Source: Eledone cirrhosa (lineage: Eukaryota). Taken from it: a stretch of DNA of 64,000 nucleotides. The notes below the pieces were generated by a model that saw nothing but the letters and a program-made list of their open reading frames with translations, was not told where the DNA came from and did not search any database. The translations under genes and the position numbers were made by a program. This document shows positions 53,345 through 64,000 of this stretch, piece by piece (position 1 is the first letter of the stretch; every line of letters starts with the position of its first letter). The DNA is taken from positions 338,520,001 to 338,584,000 of the forward strand of contig OZ024743.1 of NCBI GenBank assembly GCA_964016885.1, in the 5' to 3' direction.

Positions 53345-53953
53345 TTAGGCACAAAGCCAACAATTTGGGGGAATGGGAAGGTCAATCAAATCGACCCAAG
53401 TGCATTACCGGTACTTTATTTTATCGACTTCGTAAGGTTGAAAGACAGAGCTAACCTCGTTGACATTTGAACTTATAACATAAATGGCCATAACTCTGTG
53501 CTGCAAAGCATGTTGTCTGACGCTCTACCGATACTGCCAATAATAATAATAATAATAATTGTTTCTACTTTTGGCACAAGGCCAGCAAAATACCCAGTTC
53601 ATTACTGGTACTTTATTTTATCGACCCCGGAAGGATGAAAGGCAAAGTTAACCTCGGCGGGATTTGAACTCAGAATGGCAAGGGCAGTAACTCTATGCAT
53701 CAAAGCATGGCGTCCGACCCTCTACCGATACTGCCAATCCAAATAATAATAATAATAATAATAATTGTTTCAACTTTTGGCACAAGGCCAGCAATTACCC
53801 AGTACATTACTGGTACTTTATTTTATCGACCTCTGTATGGATGAAAGGCAAAGTTAACCTCGGCGGGATTTGAAGTCAGATCGTAAAGGGACGTAAATAT
53901 GCTGGAAAGCATGGCGCCCGACCCTCTACCGATACTGCCAATTCACCGCCCTA
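53345..53953 (-). mobile_element. Three tandem SINE copies separated by (TAA)n
   Basis: Units at ~53345, 53559 and 53766, each bounded by TAA repeats. Confidence 0.8.
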
Positions 53954-54890
53954 AATAATAATAATAATAATAATAATAATGCCTGCTTCTTCTCGTCAGA
54001 TGATGGTCATCTCGGTTCACTGTCATATATTAATGAACTCTGTGTTGACTCTGAAAGCTTAGTTGATGAGATATCTGTGCATCATTCGATTATATTGATA
54101 TACACTTGTATGTCACACGTATATAACTCTCTAAGTAACCATAGATAAATAAGTATCTAGTGACAAGCAAGAGCCTGTTGGATGGAAGCTATGCCAACTT
54201 TCTCCTTCGCCTTGAGTTTCCAATAAATTATTTGACATTACTATATCAAATATTTACTAAAGTAGTAAATTACTTTAGTTTCTTTTACTCTCCACAGAGC
54301 ATTGGACGATGAGAGATCTTCATCTCGAATGGTTGCAAGCCTTGTCATAGGACTGCTCCTACCTCAGATAGCTACTCATCATCTCTGTAACAATTTTGAT
54401 TAATGGATATAAAGTTGCTAGCCTCGTGTTCCATCCCTTCACACTTCTAAACACAAGCCGAAAACTAACCTGGCTAGTCTGTAACCATGGATAAGGGCTC
54501 ATTTCATATACAGTCAGCTGGAGCCAGCTGACCTTGGGACTCGAATTACTTCACTCTAGTTTCAAAGGAATATTAGATAATACTTTGACTGGAATTAAAA
54601 TAACGTTTCTTTAAATCGTTTCACTCTACTAATATCTGAAAAAGTTGAGGTTTTCAAAGAAAGTTACCATCTAAAACACACATAGAAACTATAAGAGGAA
54701 CTGTAAAAATATACAAGACTTTTCTAAATTTGAATATGCTATATACCGCTGTTGTTATCAAATTACAGCGATAGAGTTTTGTGTCTTTCTTAGAAGCCAG
54801 CTTCTTATTTGTAGAGAGGATTCTAATAATCAAAAAAGATAGATAGCATGCATACAAAAATAGGTGCATATCTACATATGCACCTATTTG

Positions 54891-55045
<155 letters not shown>

Positions 55046-55284
55046 TGGTAGCTAAGATGCTTCCATAGGCGGTATGCCGGTTGAGCAATCTATGCTCTTA
55101 CAGAGCAGAGTATGATAGAATATAAAACGAAAAATCAGTGGTGCATCTGAACTCAATTTATTGTGTGTTACAATTGTTTCGCCGGCGGACAGCTCGAGAC
55201 ACGATCATTGTGTGGATCTGTCTGATTCTGGACCCGCAGGTTCGACGGATACGTCTAATGATTTCGGAGCATATTCTCTCATTA

Positions 55285-55359
<75 letters not shown>

Positions 55360-55361
<2 letters not shown>

Positions 55362-55553
55362 CGAAGGAAATGTGGTAAGGAACCAGGTGGACCATAACGC
55401 ACCAAAGTACTCAATACTTGAGGTAGTAGAGTGGGTAATAGGAACCAGTAAGACCCCGACAGCTGAGCTCAAGCCGTTTCGACGGCTAATTCAGTCCAGA
55501 ATTAGCCGTCGAAACGGCTTGAGCTCAGCTGTCGGGGTCTTACTGGTTCCTAT
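55360..55553 (-). mobile_element. Short palindromic hammerhead-half element, copy 3
   Basis: Palindrome 55438-55553 with tail to the left; in (TA)n. Confidence 0.85.
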
Positions 55554-55574
55554 ATATATATATATATATATATA

Positions 55575-56263
55575 CGATATTAATAAATGGAAACTATATT
55601 TATAAAACCATATTTATTTCATTATACATATTTCAGGGATACCAAATTAAATTATGGCATGCCTTCATCAGACAAAATACAATATATAACAGTTTTACAA
55701 ATAAGCTTTGACGTACCCTATTAAAATGCAACCATTGTTTTTGGAAGTCATCCGGATAGTGATTTGTTTATATTACTTTAATAAGTCATAGTGTTAAGGA
55801 CAATTAGAAAAAGACGGAGAGAAAGAAAAATCGTGGAGAAATATCGGAGAGCGAGTGATGCATGGAGAAAAAAAAGAAAGAGATAAGTAAAAGACAGGAG
55901 AAAAGGAAAAAAGAAGAAAAAAGGAAGAAATAAGAAAAACAGAGGAAAGCAACAGAGAGATATTAAGTCAACAGACAGGTAGAAAAACTCAAGAGAGAGA
56001 AATGTTATATAGAGAGAGAGGGAGATTATGAAAACTTTACGTCATGTCATGTTAAGTTGAGTTAACAATTCATATGAAATGAATAATAAAAATATAAATA
56101 TTAATATTCATGAATGGGACATAGATATATAATATGAGAAATTAAACATTGTTTAATAATGACTATATGTTTAGTTTAAACCTTGAGATCAATATACCAA
56201 AATTTGGGTTTAATCTCCAAAATGTACACATTGCTGCAGCAATGTGTACATTTTGGAGATTAA
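55575..56263 (-). mobile_element. Probable Penelope 3' fragment with degenerate hammerhead and 54-bp palindromic 5' end
   Basis: Minus strand CUGAUGA-AGG..CCU-GAAA at ~55625-55672; perfect palindrome 56210-56263. Confidence 0.5.
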
Positions 56264-56690
56264 TGCTGAACTAATGAGGAATCTTCAGATACTCCACCCT
56301 GACTATTCCTATAAACCTGTGTATTATTGGGGCTCTGGGATATGTTAGTAACTGTCCCAGTACAAATCTTGAGAAGTTGGGCTTCACAGAACCAGAAAGG
56401 ACACGACTAGTTAAGAAGCTGCAAGTAGTACAGTCCATTAATGGAACTGTAAAAATATGTAAAACATTCCAAAAATTCAGCATCTAATAACTGCATATAC
56501 ACATGTATAATCACAGAAGCATATGCAAGTGTACACATATAACTTAAAACATCCACATCCACACATACAATAACAGCCATACACACGCACTAACACACAG
56601 ACATATGTTGATGTTGTCTAAATTCCAATGAAAGAGACTTGTGTCTATGTTAGATGGTGAAAATTTATAAAATGATAAAACCAGAAGAAC
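56264..56690 (+). mobile_element. 3' fragment of the R4/Dong-like family
   Basis: AELMRNLQILHPDY..IIGALGYV..GTVKICKTF; homologous to 38571-39025. Confidence 0.85.
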
Positions 56691-56798
56691 AAACTCATAT
56701 ACATAAAAAGAAAACACACTCCCATGTAATAAAAAGAGATGTACACCCATTACGCACATTCACCCACATATAAATTCCTACACACTGCAAACATACAC

Positions 56799-56904
<106 letters not shown>

Positions 56905-57927
56905 ATATATATATACCCACATTAACTCGCTCTTTCACATTTACAAATCCCTGGAATCGTTTAGACTGAAACAAAGAAGCTTTGTTACTTTCTTGGTGAC
57001 CAGCTTAAATTCTGCGAAGAAAAATTTAAATAAAACGTAGATACATATGTGCAAACAATGAATGTATTTGATGTATTTTATGTAAAGTTTTACCCAGTGT
57101 TTCTGTCGTGAAATGTTGAACCTTCTAGAAAGCCAAAATCTATCATCTTAAAATGGAATAAAACTTTGAAGCCAAAGAAATTACCACTGCTCTTCGAATA
57201 AATGACAGACTAGAATATTTAGCTCTTTGTACTCCGTGCATTACACTTAAAGATCACAAATTTAATTCCTCAAACAAATTTAAGTACAACCAATCAATCC
57301 CACCAAAACTGAGTTAGGTAGTATTAGCAAATATATTTTAGATATTTCCTTTTTATGTTTACACGTGCAGTGAATTGGCAGAGTTGTTAGAACGTCGTAT
57401 AGAATTCTTCGGCTATCTGCGCTATCTGAGTTCAAATCCCACCAAGGTCCTCTTTGAAGTCGATAAAAAAACGTACCAATTCAGTACTGAAGTCGATCAT
57501 TCTTCTATATCTATTCCTTCCTCTCCTTCGCTGGAAAAAATCTACTATGTTCAGATCTGGAGAGGAGATAAGCCCTACCAAATTTGTAGTATGTCTCCAC
57601 AGCGCCCCTACGACTCATAAAATTATTTACTAAAATATATTTAAGAATTGCAACTGTGATTAACCCCAACAAAGCTATTTTCTGAATGTTACCTTCTGAA
57701 AATCCAATGAAAAACTATTTTATATAAATAAGAATTTAAATCATTCCCCACTATTCTACGAAATTCAATCTCTAATGTTGATAAGCCTGTATGTTCATGA
57801 TATTCAGACGAGGATGTGTTTATCAGTACGTCGTTATTATAATAAAGTCCTGCAAAATATTGGCTTTACAGATAAAACATGATACACATTCCGTACTAAT
57901 TCCTCATCCACCAACCGTAAAACCGGA

Positions 57928-58120
57928 TAATTGTTTCTATTTTTGGCACAAGGCCAGCAATTACCCCATTCCATTACTGGTGTTTTATTTTATCGACCCC
58001 GTAAGGATGAAAGGTAAAGTTAACCACGGTGGGATGTTAACTCAGAACGCAAAGGGCCATAACTCTGTGCTGCAAAGCATGGTGTCTGATGCTGTACCGA
58101 TACAGCCAACCACCGCCCTA
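57928..58120 (-). mobile_element. SINE copy
   Basis: Same family as 721-838. Confidence 0.7.
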
Positions 58121-59097
58121 AAACACCGTAAAAACAGATAATGAAATATATTATTGTCTTCAGTTTAAACATAAAAGCACACGCTACTAAAAACCTTTTT
58201 AATTTAACCTCCTTTCATTTTCCGGCGAATCATTGACATCAAGATTTTAATAAATATTTTATTAAGGTAAGCTGTTCTTGTAAAACTTAATTAATTTAAT
58301 TCCAAAGGTCTCTCTATCAAAAAGTATATCGTCCCTTCTCCTACATGTAACTGGATTGTCCTAAATAAACACCTACACATGTTAATTATCTTTTCAAACT
58401 TCTAATATATTGTGCTAAATTCCAGCAAGAAGTTTATCCAGAAATTATATTGGATCAATTCAGAATAGATTTAAAGCTAGCTTTTATCAACATATACAAA
58501 TACATTCAAGAAACCTGGAAAACAAATGTGTAGAGTTCTTCAAGGCATTTCTTTTTAAGAAACATCTTCAGCGGTGTGTAAAATTAAATGTTGAATTCTC
58601 GGCAGCAGAACACCATACATCCATGGTGGTAATTTGTGTTAAAATTTACGCTGCAAACTATCCTTCAATATATATTTTGTTCAATTATAGAAATTGGCGA
58701 ACAATCAAATCTCCTCTTCTTGATTAAAACGAAATGAATCAGAAAAAAGACATGTACACGCCTACGCAGTCACACTCTTGCATGCATACAGACATACACA
58801 CTCACACGTGTAGACATACACGTACACACAGACGTGTATACACATATACATGCACATAGACATACACACACTGACATACAAACTCACACAGATACATACA
58901 CACACATGCATACTAACATATACATATGCATGCACTCAAAGACACATACACACATACACACAAACATCTATAGCTACTGACTTATGTATCTATCTTTGGA
59001 CAATAAAAACAACATTTATCAATTTAACTATCTGACTGTTTTTCTATTTGGTCCTCTCTTTATCTATCCGTTTATCTCTCTCTCTCTCTATCTATCT

Positions 59098-62000
59098 AAG
59101 AGTAGGCTGTTTAAATGCGCGTGGCCTGGGCTCAACTTGGAAGCAAGCAATGCTTCTAAATGACCTCAGGTCACAACGTATAGATGTGATGGTTATTTGT
59201 GAGGCCCGGATCAGCAACGTGCGACAGCTGGCCCCCACCTTTGATGACTTTGAGTTGCACGCATCTCTCTGTCAGCCCGGAGGTGGGGTGGGGTTGTCGT
59301 TCTACTGCAAAAACATCTGGGTCTCGCAACACAGATGGTACATTTGGACCCGGAGGGTCGACTAGTGGTTCTGGACCTTGGCAGTGGTGAAGGCGGAGCG
59401 TTTTGGTAGGTAGCCGCCTACGGCCCTTTCGGGTCAATGCGGCCGGACTTCTTCCATCGTCTGGAGACTTTTCTAGGGACGTCCCGCTCCTTGCTATTAG
59501 TGTGGGACTGGAATGGTATCCTAGATGCACGCTGGGACTACGTAGGGGCCTGTCCCGATAGAGAGGGGTGTAATAGCCTCAAAGGGTTAATCGGTCGATT
59601 TGACCTGGCCGATAGATATCGACTAGATTTCCCGACTGCGCCAACCTGGACTTGGGCAAATCTCAGCGGATCATCTAGGTCGTACCTAGATAGGTTCTTA
59701 GTTAGAATTAAGAATAAGGACTTTTTAAGTTGTCCAAAAATGCGCATGGTTGGCTATTCAGACCACAAGTTAGTGAGCTGCATGGTCAACCTTGACAGAA
59801 CGCATAGACAGGGACCCGGTTACTGGAAGCTCAACTTGTCCTTACCGGCAAGTAAGGCTTGCAGGGACCGGATTAGCACTTTAGTTAAGGAGCGATTGAC
59901 GGGCGCCATCGTCAACAGCAGGTGGTGGGGATCTCTCAAAAGAGAGATAAGAGTAGTCTCTATAGAATTTAGTAAGGAGTTAGCCTCAAATAGAAATAGG
60001 AAGGAAAGGGAGTTGGTAGATAGTGTAGAAGAGGCAATTAGAAGCGGCGACGTGGCCAGAGTGCTAGCGTCGAGAACGGCCCTGGGCCAGTTCTTCGACG
60101 CGAAACACGAAGGCTGCATCGTCCGAAGCAAAATACGTGCTCTGGGAAACGAGGGGACCAAAGCTGTTAGTTGGGCCCGCGTGACAGAAGCCAAAAGAGG
60201 GAGTAGATCCACTATCCGGTGTTTGCGAGACCAGGATGGACGGGTGATCCTTGAACCTAAGCAGATGTGCGAGGCTTTTCAAAAGCACTTTGCCAGATTG
60301 TTCGGAAGGGACGGGGAACCGGTTGGGGAAGTGGACTCCGGTCCATACCTCGACGGCCTGCCGCGTCTCTCGGACAGGGAGGCGAAGTCCTGCGAGGAGC
60401 CGATTTCAGCCACTGAGATAGGGGACGTGCTGAGCCAATGCGGCAAACGCAAATCCCCGGGTCTCGATGGTCTTCCATACGAGCTATATCTAGCTATGCC
60501 GGACTTGTTCCCTGATCTCCTCGAGGCGGTCTACTGCAACTGGCAACAGAACGGGAGAATTCCCTGCGCTGTGACCAAGGGCGTAGTCACGCTAGTGAGG
60601 AAGGACGTGAACAAGGGGGACGATATAAATAATTTCAGGCCCATAACTCTGCTAAATACCGAGTTACAGATTTTGGCCAAGGTGCTAGCAAAGAGGTTGG
60701 CGCTTGTCGTGGGCAACCTGGTGGGAGATGCGCAGACATGTGCTATCCCGTCCAGGTCCATCCACGACAACGTCCACCTCATGCAATACATCATAGAGAG
60801 GGTTGAGAACGAACCCGACTTTGGTGGGGCCCTGATCAACTTGGATCAATCTAAGGCGTTCGATAGGGTCGACCATGGTTACCTGGATGCGGTGCTAGCG
60901 GCGGCAGGCTTCGGACCCGTTTTCAGGGGCTGGATCAATGCCATGCACAGCGGCCGCATCTGCTCTAGGGTCAATGTGAACGGCTACCTCTCGGAGCCGT
61001 TCGAAATCGCGCGGTCCATCCGACAAGGGTGCCCTCTCTCCTCCCTTCTGTATGTAATGACTCTAGAGCCACTGCTGCGGAAGTTGGAGTTTTTGCATGG
61101 CATCCCGTTGGAACCGGGATTGCGGAAAGCGGTGTCGGCCTATGACGACGACGTAACAGTAATGGTGTCGACGGCCTCGGAAATCGGGGCGATCGGCACC
61201 TTACTGGAGGAGTACGAAAGATTTACAGGGGCTAAGCTGAACCGGGACAAGTCTATCGGTCTGCAACTCGGCACGTGGAGGGACAGATCGATGCCCTCCG
61301 ATGGCGTCGTCGGGCGCTGGACGGAGGGCCCGGTGAGGTTGCTCGGGGTCTGGTTCGGACCAGACCTCCAGGTGGAGAAGAACTGGGGTGAGGTAACGAA
61401 CAGGGTGTTTGCACTGACCCAGAGGTGGGCCGAGTGCAAACTGTCCCTGAAAGGTCGGGCGGAGGTGGCGAACACTTATATAGCGTCCGTCATCTACTAC
61501 CGCCTGACCGTTGTGCCTTGCCCAAGGGAAACGCTCGCCAAAATGGAGCGCGCACTCTTCCAATTCTTTGAAAGAAGCGGGCTCCTATGGTGAGGAGATT
61601 CATCTGCTGTCAACACCTTTCGAAAGGAGGGCTGGGGATACCGTGGCTAATGATACGTAAACACGCATTAAGGCTACGGCACCTCCAGGTATTCCTCACC
61701 GGTCAACCGGTGTGGGCCCCGTTTGTGAGGCGAGCCTTTCCCAGACTCGTCTCACTCACCGAACTGCAATCCTGGGTCAAGCAAAGATCGAGAAAACTGG
61801 GCGCCTGGCACACCGAGTGTGCCCAGGCGCTCACGGCTCTCTGGCAGGCGAACCCGGCTGTCAGTGGAGAATCCACCTCGTCATTCTATAGAGGGCTGGT
61901 GGTTAGCAGGTGCGACGACGCTCTCGGAGAAGCCCTAGGCATGGAGGAAGACGAACTGGTCAACCCGTTCGGTAGAACATTCAGCCCGGGACCCATGGAT

Positions 62001-62791
62001 AACTTCCAGAGGTCCCTGGCCTGACAGTGCTACAGAAGGGCTCTGCCCGTTCGAGAAAGGTTCTACAGACACGGGCGCCCGGGTAGGGACCCCTCCAAAA
62101 AGATCTGTCCCAGATGCGTGTGTGACGAGGAAACCGTTGTACACGCATTGGTACACTGCTCGGGCATTGCCGATCTGTGGGGCTATGTCGAACAACTGCT
62201 GTTAAGGGTGGGACCGATCCGATTGACCACCGAGTCTATTATAACGATCAAGCCGCCTCCCCTCTTCAAAAACGAAGGAGAGGCGGTGTTTCTGTGCGTA
62301 ATAGCCATGGCGAAAGAGGTTGTATGGTGGACGCGTCTGAAAGGACTGAGGTCAGACACCTTTCTCTCTGGCCAACAACTGGTCCGTTTCTTCCGATATC
62401 ATTTCGGAAGAAGGTTCAGGATGGAGAGAGAGGTGCTCCACCCCAGCCGTTTTTATGAAAGATGGGTGAAAGTGGCGAGAATGGCCCGTATGAATGGGCC
62501 TTCACTCTACATCAAACTATAGGTGAGGAAGATGAAAGATCAAGGGAGCACCCTCTCTCTGTGCTCCTGAGGAGAAGGGTTTCACACTTTTTTCAGGGGT
62601 GTGTGCGACCCCCCAAGGCGCCTCCTCCCTATTGAGGATTTTGTTATAAAATTTATTTTTTTATATTTTATATTTTATATTTTTATACTTTGTTAATGCC
62701 TCCTCCTTATTGAGGACGCCTCTTCATGTAAACTCCCCCCATTGTACTTGTCCCACTTTTTGATGCCCTGGTGGCAAATAAAAAGAAAATG
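59098..62791 (+). mobile_element. Tx1-type copy G (starts at ORF2 N-terminus)
   Basis: Follows ..tctatctatct; 3' end AATAAAAAGAAAATGA-(TCTA)n; close to copy D. Confidence 0.93.
59100..62522 (+). pseudogene. Copy G ORF2 (APE-RT-CCHC), frameshifts and stop
   Basis: RVGCLNARGL, 718-aa core, AYDDD variant of YADD, CPRC..H..HC. Confidence 0.93.
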
Positions 62792-62865
<74 letters not shown>

Positions 62866-64000
62866 TAAATTGGAGCTGTTGCAGGGCATCCCCCTAGAAC
62901 CGGGACTGCGCAATCACTCGTTCCATTCGACAGGGGTGCCCTCTCTCCTCCATTCTGTATATATTGACTCTAGAGCCACTACTGCGGAAATTGGAGCTGT
63001 TGCAGAGCATCCTTCTATAACCGGGACAGTAATGGTGTCGAGCACCTCGGAAATCGGGGTGATCGGCAACATACTGAAAGAATACGAAACGCTGACGGGA
63101 GCAAAACTAAACCCAGACTAGTCTGTCGGTTTGCAACTCGGTACGTGGAGAGGCAAACCGATGACATCCGACAGCGTCGTTGGACGCTGGATGGACGGAC
63201 CGGTGAAATTGCTCGGGGTCTGGTTCGGTCCAGACCTCCAGGTGGAGAAAAACTGGAACGAGGTCACGGCCAAGGTGTTTGCACTCACTCAGAAGTGGGC
63301 AGAGTGCAAACTGTCCTTGAAAGGTCGAGCGGAGGTGGCGAACACTTTCATAGCGTCCGTCATCTACTACCGCTTGACTGTCGTGCCTTGTCCCCGTGAA
63401 CACCTCGCCAAGATGGAACGCATGCTCTTCCAGTTTCTGTGGAAGAAGCAGGCTCCGCTGGTGAGGAGATCCGTCTGCTGTCAGCACCCTTCCAACGGAG
63501 GGCTGGGAATGCCGTGGCTGATGATGCGCAAACATGCGCTGAGGCTGCGGCATCTCCAGGTATTCCTCACCGACCCCCAACCGGTGTGGGCACCGTTTGT
63601 GAGACAGGCTTTCCCACAGCTCGTGTCGGTAACGGAGCTGCAGTCCTGGGTGAAGAAAAGACCGAAAACGATGGGCGCCTGGCACATTGAATGCGCTCAG
63701 GCGCTGACAGTCCTCTGGCAAGCGGGCGCAACAATCAGTGGAGACTCCACTTCGACATTCTATAGAGGGATTGTACGTTACAAGGGCGACGACGTGCTCG
63801 GAGAGACTCTGGGCGTCGAAGCCGATGAGCTCACCAGTATGTTTGGTAGGACTTTCCGCCCGGGACCTATGGACAACTTCCAGAGGTCCCTGGCCTGGCA
63901 GTGCTACCGAGGAGCTCTACCGGTTCGTGACAAGATCTACAGGCACGGACGCCCTGGCAGGGATCCTTCCAAGAGGACGTGTCCAAGATGTGCGTAAGCG
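62866..64000 (+). mobile_element. Tx1-type copy H (5'-truncated, runs off window)
   Basis: Starts after (TATC)n 62792-62864; TDPQPVW insertion shared with copy F. Confidence 0.92.

Noticed and set aside
54050-54500. Possible degraded Penelope RT on minus strand
   Set aside because: Only faint motif resemblance across frameshifts; needs tBLASTn.

Overview
AT-rich, microsatellite-dense eukaryotic DNA with no recognisable host gene. The SINE types and repeat landscape suggest a cephalopod such as octopus (inference). Nearly all structure comes from mobile elements. (1) Eight copies, about four subfamilies, of a Tx1/L1-type non-LTR retrotransposon (APE-RT-CCHC ORF2, zinc-knuckle ORF1), stacked head-to-tail in (TATC)n/(GATA)n microsatellites with orientation locked to the repeat strand. 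(2) R4/Dong-like and CRE-like RLE non-LTR remnants, the R4-like ones bounded by (CATA)n. (3) Several Penelope-like (GIY-YIG) elements and short non-coding elements with inverted or partial-tandem architecture, carrying about ten intact or degenerate type I hammerhead ribozymes. Two of these are fully canonical, and a three-copy family of palindromes folds back at a hammerhead stem II. (4) A hAT transposon with TIRs and 8-bp TSD, a non-autonomous LTR element, Helitron ends, SINEs and minisatellites. Coordinates were read by eye and family names come from motif recognition, not database searches.
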